A stretch of DNA of 32,000 nucleotides from Skermania sp. ID1734 (GCF_007489285.1 NZ_VLIY01000005.1:102905-134904); one strand, 5' to 3'. Counted from the first letter of the stretch, positions 8,276-17,108 are shown. Translations and numbers: made by a program. The notes: a model not told the origin generated them from the letters alone.

Positions 8276-8479
8276 ATGACACGCACCAATATCGACATCG
8301 ACGACTCGGCGTGTGAAACGATCATGCACCGCTACCACCTCGCCACTAAGCGTGAAGCGGTCAACTTCGCGCTGCGAACCGTCGCTGCCGAAGCCCTCGA
8401 TGTCGACCAGGCCCGTCGCCTGCGCGGGTCAGGGTGGGACGCGGACCTCGACGAGCTACGGACCAGTCGCGTCGGATGA
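8276..8479 (+). CDS. vapB: type II antitoxin VapB
   Basis: 67 aa, MTRTNIDIDDSACETIMHRYHLATKREAVNFALRTV, the typical mycobacterial VapB N-terminus. Its TGA overlaps the vapC ATG (ATGA at 8476-8479). Confidence 0.85.
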   Translation: MTRTNIDIDDSACETIMHRYHLATKREAVNFALRTVAAEALDVDQARRLRGSGWDADLDELRTSRVG

Positions 8480-8877
8480 TTCTGGTAGACACCTCTGCCT
8501 GGGTGGAATTTCTGCGGGATACCGGAAGCCCGGTATGTCTTCGCGTCGATGAACTTCTCACCGCCGAAATCGCGACGTGCCATCCGGTTCGCATGGAGTT
8601 GCTGGCAGGTGCACGCAACGACCGACACCTTCAAGACCTGCGCGGACTGTTGGCGCGTGCCGCGTTACTCGCTACGCTGCCCACCGACTATGAAGATGCC
8701 GCAGCGCTCTATCGCGCGTGTCGCCGAAAGGGCGAAACGGTCCGCAAGTTGATCGATTGCCTCATCGCTGCGCACGCGATCCGGTCGGACGTGCCGATCC
8801 TGCATGCAGACGCGGATTTCGACGTCCTCGCCCGGCATACCGAGCTCGTGATCGACAAGGCATCGAGCGGCGAATAA
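8476..8877 (+). CDS. vapC: type II toxin VapC (PIN-domain ribonuclease)
   Basis: 133 aa. MILVDTSAWVEFL carries the first PIN acidic residue, with further conserved acidic positions (ELLAG..., IDCLIAAHA, HADADFD). GC3 appears lower than in neighbouring genes. Confidence 0.9.
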   Translation: MILVDTSAWVEFLRDTGSPVCLRVDELLTAEIATCHPVRMELLAGARNDRHLQDLRGLLARAALLATLPTDYEDAAALYRACRRKGETVRKLIDCLIAAHAIRSDVPILHADADFDVLARHTELVIDKASSGE

Positions 8878-9098
8878 TGACGGCCAGTTTCGGCCTCGCC
8901 GAAGTCGGTAAGGGCTCGGCATCGGTGAATCGAGGTCTATGTGCTCAGGCTCCAGTTACGGCCGAAAAGGCGCGCAGATTGTCTCGGATGACCGCGACTG
9001 GAGCGCCACCGCAATCGCTCACAGTGAACAGGCTCACGGAACAATCGGGCACAACCGGGGGTTGAGTAGGTGACGCTCAACTTCGAAAGGTTGAACCT

Positions 9099-11441
9099 GT
9101 GACCGAATCACTGCACTTACCAGTGCTTTTTCTGACCGACCCGGTGGTTCTGCCGGGAATGGTGGTGCCGATCGAACTCGACGAATCCGCGCAGGCCGCC
9201 ATCGACGCCGCCAAAGCCGGCAGCGACAGCAAGGTGCTGATCGCGCCACGGCTCGAGCAGGGCTACGCCTCTTACGGCGTGATCGCCGAGATCGAGCAGG
9301 TCGGACGTATGCGCGGCGGCACACCCGCGGCAGTGCTGAAGGCCATCCAGCGCGCCAAGATCGGCCACGGCGTGACCGGCCCGGGCGCCGCGCTATGGGT
9401 CGAGACCGAACCTGTGGAAACCCTCGCTGCCGATGGACGGACCACCGAGCTTGCGGCCGAATACAAGAAGCTTGTGGTTGCCGTGCTGCAGCGTCGCGAG
9501 GCCTGGCAGATCATCGACGCAATGAACCGGCTCACCGACCCGTCCGCAATTGCGGACACGGCCGGCTATGCGCCGTACCTGACCGACGACCAGAAGCGCA
9601 CACTGCTGCAAACTCCCGACGTCGCCGAACGGTTAACCCTGCTCATCGACTGGACCAAGGCCTACATCGCCGAGGCCGAGGTCACCGAGAAGATCAGCGA
9701 AGACGTGCGCGAAGGTCTGGAGAAGACCCAGCGCGAGTTCTACCTGCGCCAGCAACTCAACGCCATCCGCAAGGAGTTGGGTGAGGGTGAGCCCGAGGGA
9801 GCCGAGGACTATCGCGGCCGCGTCGAGGCCGCTGACCTGCCCGACGCTGTCCGGGAGGCAGCGCTACGCGAGGTCGGGCGGCTCGAGCGGGCCAGCGATC
9901 AAAGCCCGGAATCTGGGTGGATCCGGACCTGGCTCGACACGGTCCTGGAATTGCCCTGGACCGCGAAGACCACCGACAACACCGACGTCAAGGCTGCCCG
10001 CGCGGTTCTGGATGCCGACCACCACGGCCTCGATGAGGTCAAGGACCGGATGGTCGAGTACCTAGCCGTTCGTGCGCGGCGCGCCCAACGCGGTCTGGAA
10101 GTCGTGGGCGGTCGCGGTTCGGGTGCCGTCATGGTGCTGGTTGGCCCGCCCGGTGTCGGCAAGACGTCGCTGGGTGAAAGCGTCGCGCGGGCGTTGGGCC
10201 GCAAGTTCGTTCGCGTCGCCCTCGGTGGCGTGCGCGACGAGGCCGAGATCCGGGGCCACCGCCGTACCTACGTCGGTGCGATGCCGGGCCGGGTTGTGCG
10301 AGCCATCAAGGAAGCCGGATCGATGAATCCGGTTGTCTTGCTGGACGAAATCGACAAGGTCGGTTCCGATTACCGCGGCGACCCCGCGGCTGCGTTGCTC
10401 GAGGTGCTGGATCCCGCGCAGAACCACACGTTCCGCGATCACTATCTGGACCTGGACCTCGACTTGTCGGACGTGCTGTTCATCGCGACTGCCAATGTGA
10501 TGGATACGATTCCCGGCCCGCTGCTGGACCGGATGGAGCTCATCACCGTGGACGGCTACACCGAGGATGACAAGGTTGCCATCGCCCGCGACTTCCTGCT
10601 GCCGCGGCAGCTCGAACGCGCGGCGCTGACGGTGGACGAGGTCAGCTTGACCGATGAGGCGCTGCGCGAGATGGCGGCCAACTACACGCGCGAGGCCGGC
10701 GTCCGCCAGCTCGAACGGTTGATCGCCAAGGCGTTGCGCAAGGCGGCAACGCAATTGGCGGGAGCGGAGCCTGCGGAGCGACCAGACGAGACAGCGATCG
10801 TCATCGGGGTCGGCGAGTTGAAGGAGTATCTCGGACGACCGCGGTTCACCCCCGAGTCGGCGGAGCGGACCGCCGTTCCCGGTGTCGCAACGGGTCTGGC
10901 CGTCACCGGACTCGGTGGCGACGTGCTCTTCATCGAGGCGAATGCCACCGACGGCGAGCGTGGACTGAAGCTCACCGGGCAACTAGGCGACGTGATGAAG
11001 GAGTCGGCGCAGATCGCATTGACCTACGTCCGCTCGCACCTGGCGCAGATTGGTGCCGAAGCCGGCTCGCTGGATCGCGAGATCCACGTGCACGTGCCTG
11101 CCGGAGCGGTGCCCAAGGACGGACCATCCGCGGGCGTCACCATGGTGACGGCGCTGGTGTCGTTGGCCTTGGGCCGTAACGTTCGCTCGGATGTGGGCAT
11201 GACCGGTGAGGTGACGCTGAACGGTCGGGTCTTGCCGATCGGTGGGGTCAAGCAGAAATTGCTTGCGGCCCAGCGTGCGGGCCTGAAGACGGTCTTCATC
11301 CCGGCCCGCAACGAACCAGATCTCGACGACGTTCCCGCCGACGTGCTGGACGCTCTGGACGTGCGTCCGGTCAGCGATGTGCGCGAGATTCTCGCCTACG
11401 CAATCGAGTCTGCTGACGAAGGAGCAGTTGCCGCGGCGTAA
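9099..11441 (+). CDS. lon: ATP-dependent Lon protease (LonA)
   Basis: 780 aa with an N-terminal LON domain (LPVLFLTDPVVLPGMVVPIEL), Walker A GPPGVGKTS, Walker B VVLLDEIDK, catalytic Ser in PKDGPSAGVTM and Lys in GGVKQKLLAA. GAAAGG lies 8 nt before the GTG start. Confidence 0.96.
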   Translation: MTESLHLPVLFLTDPVVLPGMVVPIELDESAQAAIDAAKAGSDSKVLIAPRLEQGYASYGVIAEIEQVGRMRGGTPAAVLKAIQRAKIGHGVTGPGAALWVETEPVETLAADGRTTELAAEYKKLVVAVLQRREAWQIIDAMNRLTDPSAIADTAGYAPYLTDDQKRTLLQTPDVAERLTLLIDWTKAYIAEAEVTEKISEDVREGLEKTQREFYLRQQLNAIRKELGEGEPEGAEDYRGRVEAADLPDAVREAALREVGRLERASDQSPESGWIRTWLDTVLELPWTAKTTDNTDVKAARAVLDADHHGLDEVKDRMVEYLAVRARRAQRGLEVVGGRGSGAVMVLVGPPGVGKTSLGESVARALGRKFVRVALGGVRDEAEIRGHRRTYVGAMPGRVVRAIKEAGSMNPVVLLDEIDKVGSDYRGDPAAALLEVLDPAQNHTFRDHYLDLDLDLSDVLFIATANVMDTIPGPLLDRMELITVDGYTEDDKVAIARDFLLPRQLERAALTVDEVSLTDEALREMAANYTREAGVRQLERLIAKALRKAATQLAGAEPAERPDETAIVIGVGELKEYLGRPRFTPESAERTAVPGVATGLAVTGLGGDVLFIEANATDGERGLKLTGQLGDVMKESAQIALTYVRSHLAQIGAEAGSLDREIHVHVPAGAVPKDGPSAGVTMVTALVSLALGRNVRSDVGMTGEVTLNGRVLPIGGVKQKLLAAQRAGLKTVFIPARNEPDLDDVPADVLDALDVRPVSDVREILAYAIESADEGAVAAA

Positions 11442-11452
11442 TTCCAGTTGAG

Positions 11453-11502
11453 CGCGTTGTTGTTCAGGACGCGACGGGCGTACCCGCCTGAACAACAACG
11501 CG
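11453..11502. terminator. 16-bp perfect stem / 18-nt loop hairpin between convergent lon and the PAP2-like gene (candidate bidirectional terminator)
   Basis: cgcgttgttgttcagg (11453-11468) pairs with cctgaacaacaacgcg (11487-11502). It starts 12 nt after the lon stop, and the right arm lies inside the 3' end of the minus-strand CDS. No clear U-tract. Confidence 0.5.
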
Positions 11503-12444
11503 TTCGGTCGGCTCCTCGATAACATCCGGGTCGCGTCGGCGCCCCTCCCACCACCGACAGACCAGAATCGCGATGAGCGTGTAGACCCAGCCCATGGCGA
11601 TGTCGATGAAGTAGTGCTCGCCGCCGTAAATGAGCGTGAACGCCATAGCCAGCGGATAAAGCACCAATGCCATCCGCGCCCAGCGGTAGCGGACGTAGGG
11701 CCACACCGAAATCAGCACAAGCAGCGAAAATGCGGCATGCAGCGACGGCATGGCGGCGACCGGGTTGCTGTGCGCAGAGAGCCACACCGTGCTGGTGTCG
11801 AGCGGCACGACGCCGAACCCGAAGCCGGCGACCCGACGCACCGGTTCGATAATCACGGCTCCGGCCGACGCGTACCACGGCGGCGCTGCCGGGAGCAGCA
11901 CGTAGGTCACCAGACCGAGGTAGGAGAGCACCAACACTCGCCGCATGTACTTGGCCCACACCGCGCGGGACCGCACGTAGAACACCGCGCCCAAGACCCA
12001 CGGCACCACGAAGTGCGTCGAGTAGACGATTCCGGTGAACACCGTCCACCACGGCGGTTGCCCGCTGGACGGCAGCAGATGCTGCTGCAACCACACCGTC
12101 GGTATGGTCCCGTCGAACAGCCACCGTTCCACCGCGGCCGGTGCCTCCACCTGGACCGGCATACCGAGTTCGGCGGCGATTCCGCGCGTGAGGTCGTAGA
12201 CCACCAGTGCGGCGATGAGCGGCGCCCAGTCGGCGATGACGCGCAGGTGTGCCCGCCACGGCCGATCGATCCGAAAAGCAATGATGCCCGCAACCAGCCA
12301 GGCCGCCTGATAGATCCGATCGGACGGCACTCCCCACGTCACGATCGTCACGACCAGCGCCGCAACGTAAGCCACCATGACGAGGTAGCGGACCAAGCGC
12401 CGCGTTCGCGACGAGTCTTGGGCGGCTACCTCGCCAGACGTCAT
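11464..12444 (-). CDS. polytopic membrane protein of the PAP2 superfamily (AUR1/inositol-phosphorylceramide-synthase-like subgroup)
   Basis: 326 aa with multiple hydrophobic segments. PAP2 C2/C3-type motifs are present: MPSLHAAFSLL and GGEHYFIDIAMG. Its ATG overlaps the stop of the upstream gene by 1 nt (TGATG on the minus strand). Confidence 0.78.
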   Translation of the reverse strand: MTSGEVAAQDSSRTRRLVRYLVMVAYVAALVVTIVTWGVPSDRIYQAAWLVAGIIAFRIDRPWRAHLRVIADWAPLIAALVVYDLTRGIAAELGMPVQVEAPAAVERWLFDGTIPTVWLQQHLLPSSGQPPWWTVFTGIVYSTHFVVPWVLGAVFYVRSRAVWAKYMRRVLVLSYLGLVTYVLLPAAPPWYASAGAVIIEPVRRVAGFGFGVVPLDTSTVWLSAHSNPVAAMPSLHAAFSLLVLISVWPYVRYRWARMALVLYPLAMAFTLIYGGEHYFIDIAMGWVYTLIAILVCRWWEGRRRDPDVIEEPTERVVVQAGTPVAS

Positions 12445-13136
12445 CAGGGCAAAATACCCCGAACGTCGGCGTTTTCATCGGCAGGCGAGCCATTGGTCAT
12501 CGCCGCGACGGCGAATCCTGGTCCGATCGATGCGGAGGCGACCAGGGAGGTGCGGTCGTCGGACCAGCCCCATTTCGTCCCGATGACGCCCGGCAGGTGC
12601 GCCGTGCCCCAGTTCTCGGCCGTCCCGTCGGCGGCAACGGGGCTCGCGGTGGCCATCCATCCAAGAATGGGCGAGGCGGGGTCGCTGCGCTCCTTGTCCA
12701 GCAGGAAGTTTGCGATGTCTGCGGCGCTGGTCAACGACGTGCCCCAGAATGATCCCCGGCTCGTGTTCGGTAGCTGATATTCAGCCGCGGTGGCGTCGAT
12801 GGCGTTGGGATACTTATTGTCCAGCGCGCTCGCGGCATCGTTGTCGGACAATTGAATTGCGCGCTGGCTCAATGCGCGATCCGACGCTGAGCCGTCGCCG
12901 TGGCGCAGGACGTAGTCGACCAGATACAGCTTGATGATCGACAGCGCGGGGCGCGGTTGATTCGAATTGGCCGTGCCGGAGTCGGTTCCGGGAACCAATG
13001 AGACAAAAGCGAAGGACGTCCGCGAATTCATCGCAACCGGATGGACCGGCAGTGGTGCGGCGGACGCGACCGCGTTCACCGTCAGTCCGGTCGCCATCAC
13101 CAGCAAACTCGCCGCCGGAACCAAAAGAATTCGCAT
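12444..13136 (-). CDS. secreted class-A-beta-lactamase-fold serine hydrolase (function unknown)
   Basis: Signal peptide MRILLVPAASLLVMATGLTVNAVASA; SxxK (SIIK), SDN (LSDND) and a K-x-G-like triad (TKWG). GGAGAA lies 5 nt upstream of ATG 13136. GTG 13151 (ORF-track start) is an alternative. Confidence 0.68.
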   Translation of the reverse strand: MRILLVPAASLLVMATGLTVNAVASAAPLPVHPVAMNSRTSFAFVSLVPGTDSGTANSNQPRPALSIIKLYLVDYVLRHGDGSASDRALSQRAIQLSDNDAASALDNKYPNAIDATAAEYQLPNTSRGSFWGTSLTSAADIANFLLDKERSDPASPILGWMATASPVAADGTAENWGTAHLPGVIGTKWGWSDDRTSLVASASIGPGFAVAAMTNGSPADENADVRGILP

Positions 13137-13218
13137 CAATTTTCTCCGCACTCACTCGAGACAAGTGAGAGCAAGTATGTGCGGCGATGATCAAGAATTG
13201 CTCTCGTGACGCTGGCGG

Positions 13219-14151
13219 TTAGCTGTGAATCGCTGGCAATACCGCCGACATCATGCGATGACTGCGCAGCAGGGCACGCGCCCGCTCCTCGGTAGGGCGG
13301 CCGAGTTCATGCAAGACCTCATCGGCGTCGGTGCTGGTCACTGTCCACCCATGGTCGGCGAACCACTCCGGCGGGTCGCTTCGTCCCTCATTGGAATATC
13401 GCAAGCTGCTGACGTCGAGCTGTATCCCGAACCTGTCCAACGTCCGGGCGCGCTCCGCGCTGAATTGCCTTGCTGCGGTTTCGGCGTCGGCGGTCGCGTA
13501 GTTTGCGGCAAATCTACTGTTGCAGGCACTGAGCGCAACGACATTGTCGAAGAGCCGGTCCTGGTCCGCTGCGGGCAGGTAACCCAACAATCCTTCCGCG
13601 AGCCAGCTGGTCGGTCGGTGTGGATCGAAACCGCGGGCTACTAGGGCGGTCGGCCAGTCGTGGCGCAGATCGATCCCCACATGTCGACAGTCGGCCTTGG
13701 CGACAACGGAATTCGCACTGAGAGTGGCGGCCTTGAACTCCAGCATCTGCGGCTGGTCGATTTCAAATATCGTGGTGCCGACGGGCCAGTCCATGCGGTA
13801 CGCGCGCGTATCGAGCCCGGAGGCAAGAATGACGATCTGCCCGATATCGGCGGCCATGGAGTCCTGAAAGTAGCTGTCGAAATAGCAGGTTCGCGCGACC
13901 ATGAAGCCTCCGCCAGCCCACTGCCGCGCGGTTTCGCCGGGCATCTCGGCGATCATGGTGTCGGCCTGGTCGAGGAGCCGGGCCCACCGCTTGTCGGCCG
14001 CCCGTACCAGCATTTCCGCGTACGGATCGTGGAACAACGCATCGGGTCGACGGCTGGCGAGGGCGCGCATGGTGGCGACCGCGGTCGCGGTGGCGCCGAC
14101 GCTCGTGGTGACGTCCCAGGTGTCGTTCTCGGTCCGGCCGTTGCTGTCCAT
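13219..14151 (-). CDS. SAM-dependent methyltransferase of the mycobacterial TIGR00027/LCMT-like family
   Basis: 310 aa. The N-terminal WDVTTSVGATATAVATMRALASRRPDALFHDPYAEMLV and QIVILASGLDTRAYR motifs are characteristic of this expanded mycobacterial O-methyltransferase family. Confidence 0.88.
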   Translation of the reverse strand: MDSNGRTENDTWDVTTSVGATATAVATMRALASRRPDALFHDPYAEMLVRAADKRWARLLDQADTMIAEMPGETARQWAGGGFMVARTCYFDSYFQDSMAADIGQIVILASGLDTRAYRMDWPVGTTIFEIDQPQMLEFKAATLSANSVVAKADCRHVGIDLRHDWPTALVARGFDPHRPTSWLAEGLLGYLPAADQDRLFDNVVALSACNSRFAANYATADAETAARQFSAERARTLDRFGIQLDVSSLRYSNEGRSDPPEWFADHGWTVTSTDADEVLHELGRPTEERARALLRSHRMMSAVLPAIHS

Positions 14152-14253
14152 GGCTCAAGCTAACTCCGGCGAGTCAAATGGCCAGTACTTGCGGTCGAAT
14201 CGCTTAGGCTTTGGTGAGCTTTGTTAAGTGGCTGACGTGCGGGGACGATATCC

Positions 14254-14910
14254 ATGGAACTACGGCGTTGGGCAAGTCGGACAACCGCTGCGGCAAGCAC
14301 CTGCGGCGCCCTCATTGCTCTTGTGGTGGGCGGCGGTGCCGCGGGCGCGGACATCGCGGGTGCATCTCGAAGCATCGCGACTCCGGACGGGCAAGTGACG
14401 GTGAACCTTTCGGGGATAACGGTGACGAAAGTCCCCCCGCTCACCGGAGACCCGGTCGGCACGGAAGGCTTTGTCACGGCCGCCGCTCAGGGCACTGTCA
14501 CCGGCGGGCACGCAATCACGGGTGGCCACCTCGAGACCGGCTTTCAGGTCGCGTGTGCCCTCGACGTGAGCGACGGGGTGAACCTAGGGCTCGGCAGTTC
14601 CTTCGGCCCCTCGATCGGTTACGGCTGGGACGGCGGCCAATCGATCTGGAACGGCGGCCCGAACTTCTCCATCGGCGGCTCGGTGGGACCGACCATCGGC
14701 ATCACCCTGAAACCAGGCACCATCGTCGAAGTCGTGCTGGGCAAGAAGGATGTAAGCGGCACCGTTGCGTCGGCGAGCTACGACCAGGCGCATCTGCACG
14801 CCGACGGGTGCGCGGGGCAAGTGATGGTGCGTCCGTACGCGGTTTACACCGCTTCCACCGCGACCGCGGATCACACGGTCGCGACGTATGCCGACCCGCA
14901 ACCGCTGTAG
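14254..14910 (+). CDS. MspA-family outer-membrane porin-like protein
   Basis: 218 aa with a signal peptide. Segments align by eye with M. smegmatis MspA as I recall it: PDGQVTVNLSG... vs VDGQDRTLTVQQ; GHLETGFQVA vs GTLELGYQIG; GQVMVRPYAVYTASTATADHTVATYADPQPL vs GGVLLRPFARLIASTGDSVTTYGEPWNMN. Confidence 0.72.
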   Translation: MELRRWASRTTAAASTCGALIALVVGGGAAGADIAGASRSIATPDGQVTVNLSGITVTKVPPLTGDPVGTEGFVTAAAQGTVTGGHAITGGHLETGFQVACALDVSDGVNLGLGSSFGPSIGYGWDGGQSIWNGGPNFSIGGSVGPTIGITLKPGTIVEVVLGKKDVSGTVASASYDQAHLHADGCAGQVMVRPYAVYTASTATADHTVATYADPQPL

Positions 14911-14982
14911 CTCGCGTGGTTCCCAGCTTATTGCCAGCTTGCCCGCAGGCTGGTCGCAGCGCGAGGCCCGATCGTTAGTGCC

Positions 14983-16227
14983 ATGACGAGCTTGCTGGAC
15001 ACCGCTGCGGATCGCTTCCGCCCCATCGATGCCGCCGCCACCGGGATCTCGCTGCGCACAGCGACCGTCGAGGTGGTGATCCCCGTGTACAACGAGGAAG
15101 ACGACCTCGAGCGTTGTGTGCGACGCCTGCACGGGTACCTGTCAGCGACGGTCCCGTACCGGTGGCGAATCACCGTCGCGGACAACGCCAGCACCGACTC
15201 GACTCTTGATGTGGCACAGCGCCTTACGCGTGAATTCGACAACGTCGCGGTTCGTCACCTCGACCTGAAGGGCCGCGGCCGCGCGCTCAAGACGGTGTGG
15301 CTGGAGTCCGACGCCGACGTGGTCGCATACATGGATGTGGACCTGTCCACCGACCTGGCCGCGTTCATGCCGCTGATCGCGCCGCTGTTTTCCGGGCACT
15401 CCGACGTGGCGATCGGTTCCCGTCTGGCCCGCTCGTCCCGGGTGGTGCGGGGCGCGAAGCGCGAGTTCATCTCCCGCAGCTACAACCGGATTCTGCGCAC
15501 CTCGCTGCACGCTCGCTTCTCCGATGCGCAGTGTGGTTTCAAGGCGCTGCGCACCGACGTCGCCCGCCGGATTCTGCCGCTGGTCGAGGACACCGGCTGG
15601 TTCTTCGACACCGAATTGTTGGTGCTGGCCGAACGCGCCGGCCTGCGCATTCATGAGGTGCCGGTGGACTGGGTCGATGACCCGAACAGCAGCGTCGACA
15701 TCATCGACACCGCGATCAAGGACCTGCAGGGCTGCTGGCGAGTCGGCCGGGCGCTGGCCACCGGTGCGCTGCCGATGGCTGAGCTGCGGGCCAGCCTCGG
15801 TCGCGAACCGGAGGTCGCTGGCGTGCCGACCGGGATGGTCGGTCAGCTTGTCCGGTTCGGCGCGATCGGCATCATCTGCACGCTCGCCTACGCGGTGCTC
15901 TACCTCGCGTTGCATGCCCCGCTCGGCGCTCAGGGTGCCAACGTCGCCGCGCTCGTCATCACCGCGGTGTTCAATGTGGCCGCCAACCGGACCTTTACCT
16001 TCGGTGTCCGCGGCCGCGACGGCATGGCCAAGCAGAACGCGCAAGGCCTCGCGGTTGTCGGGCTCGGTATCGCGTTGACCAGCGGGTCGCTCTGGCTGCT
16101 GCACCAGCTGCTGCCCACCGCGTCCAATCATCTCGAGTTAGCGGTGCTGATCGTGGCGAACCTCGTGGTCACTGTGAGCCGCTTCGTCGCCTTCCGCTGG
16201 GTCTTCACGCACGCCCCGACACGATGA
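14983..16227 (+). CDS. bifunctional glycosyltransferase family 2 (polyprenyl-phosphate sugar synthase type) / GtrA-like membrane domain protein
   Basis: The N-terminal GT2 domain has VVIPVYNEEDDL, VADNASTDST, YMDVDLSTD (DxD) and DAQCGFKAL. The C-terminal ~130 aa has 4 hydrophobic helices of GtrA type (LVRFGAIGIICTLAYAVLYLAL...VSRFVAFRWVF). Confidence 0.9.
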   Translation: MTSLLDTAADRFRPIDAAATGISLRTATVEVVIPVYNEEDDLERCVRRLHGYLSATVPYRWRITVADNASTDSTLDVAQRLTREFDNVAVRHLDLKGRGRALKTVWLESDADVVAYMDVDLSTDLAAFMPLIAPLFSGHSDVAIGSRLARSSRVVRGAKREFISRSYNRILRTSLHARFSDAQCGFKALRTDVARRILPLVEDTGWFFDTELLVLAERAGLRIHEVPVDWVDDPNSSVDIIDTAIKDLQGCWRVGRALATGALPMAELRASLGREPEVAGVPTGMVGQLVRFGAIGIICTLAYAVLYLALHAPLGAQGANVAALVITAVFNVAANRTFTFGVRGRDGMAKQNAQGLAVVGLGIALTSGSLWLLHQLLPTASNHLELAVLIVANLVVTVSRFVAFRWVFTHAPTR

Positions 16228-17108
16228 GGACCGCCCTCCGACTGATCAAGGAATACTTCGCCGCCGCTCCCGCGTCGCTGGTATACCTGTTCACCATTCT
16301 GGTGACCTGGTGGACGCTGCGCGGGGCCGACGAAAAGATCAGTCATCGGGTGATCGTGGACGCGTCGACCAACCTGCACAACATGCGCAAAGAACCGTTG
16401 CAGGTGCTGGTCGCGTCGGCGTTTTGGATGGACCAGGGCAGTAACCCGATCCCGGTGATCATCGAGTTCCTCGTCATCATGGTCGCCGCCGAGCGCTGGC
16501 TCGGGACGCTGCGCTGGATCGCTACGTTCGCGCTCGGACACATCGGCGCCACCTTGATCACGGTGACGGGCATCGCCTATGCCGTGTCGCATCACTACAT
16601 CGACGCGCGCTCGCTCATCCACACGTCCGATGTCGGCTACAGCTACGGCTTCATGGCGCTGACCGCGATGCTCACCTACCGATTCCGGGGACTCTTCCGA
16701 TTCGCTTGGGCGGCAGGGCTGATCGTGATCCTCGCGATCGCCGCATGGCGCGGCCAGACGTTCACCGACTACGGCCACCTCACTGCGGCTGCTCTTGGAT
16801 TCGTGGCCTACCCGGCCGCGCACCTGGTAGCGAAGGGCTGGCGCCGCACCAGGTTCAGTCGCCGGCGTTCCGCCGCCGCTCGGCCTCGCGCTGACGCGCC
16901 TCCTCCTGCCGCTGCGCCTCGCGACGCTGCGCCGCAGCCCGCTCCCGGAGAGCCTGCAGAAATGCCTCGTCGTCCTCAGGATTCTGCGCCACCTGACGAC
17001 CTGGACGGTCGTACTCCGAGAACCGGGTATTTGACGCAAGCCGAGACGGGCCAATCGGACGACCAGCAAACAACCACAGCAGCGACCCGAGCAGCGGCAT
17101 CAGGATAA
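16224..17108 (+). CDS. rhomboid-like polytopic membrane protein with a long basic/Pro-rich C-terminal tail
   Basis: ATG 16224 overlaps the GT2-GtrA TGA (ATGA). Rhomboid-like motifs appear in order: TNLHNM (TM2-type H..N), VGYSYGF (GxSxG) and GHLTAAALG (TM6-type H). The last ~84 codons are antisense to the PLDc_N gene and have lower GC3. Confidence 0.62.
   Translation: MRTALRLIKEYFAAAPASLVYLFTILVTWWTLRGADEKISHRVIVDASTNLHNMRKEPLQVLVASAFWMDQGSNPIPVIIEFLVIMVAAERWLGTLRWIATFALGHIGATLITVTGIAYAVSHHYIDARSLIHTSDVGYSYGFMALTAMLTYRFRGLFRFAWAAGLIVILAIAAWRGQTFTDYGHLTAAALGFVAYPAAHLVAKGWRRTRFSRRRSAAARPRADAPPPAAAPRDAAPQPAPGEPAEMPRRPQDSAPPDDLDGRTPRTGYLTQAETGQSDDQQTTTAATRAAASG

Noticed and set aside
8877-9065. 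62-codon ORF whose ATG overlaps the vapC TAA (TAATG), a possible third TA component
   Set aside because: GC3 is only about 59%, there is no recognisable fold or motif, and three-gene VapBC modules are not an established type. More likely this is the untranslated lon upstream region. It would only be worth revisiting if the frame is conserved in relatives.
9061-9081. 6-bp inverted repeat (gttgag...ctcaac) upstream of lon as a heat-shock operator (HAIR/CIRCE-like)
   Set aside because: It is too short and does not match the CIRCE or HAIR consensus sequences as I know them.
10062-10982. 306-aa minus-strand ORF inside lon
   Set aside because: It is antisense to the Lon AAA+ and protease domains. 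It has low-complexity composition and no independent start or RBS context.
11614-12777. 387-aa plus-strand ORF, and the 365-aa minus-strand alternative frame at 11396-12493
   Set aside because: Both overlap the PAP2-like and hydrolase genes. They are extremely Arg/His/Pro-rich and lack hydrophobic or catalytic motifs, whereas the chosen frames have clear TM segments, a signal peptide and motifs.
14211-14978. 255-aa plus-strand ORF overlapping the porin gene
   Set aside because: It is an alternative frame of the MspA-like gene. It is Arg/Gly/His-rich and lacks a signal peptide or beta-strand pattern, whereas the 14254 frame aligns with MspA segments.
15142-16131. 329-aa minus-strand ORF
   Set aside because: It is antisense to the GT2::GtrA gene, whose motifs are unambiguous, so this is a shadow ORF.
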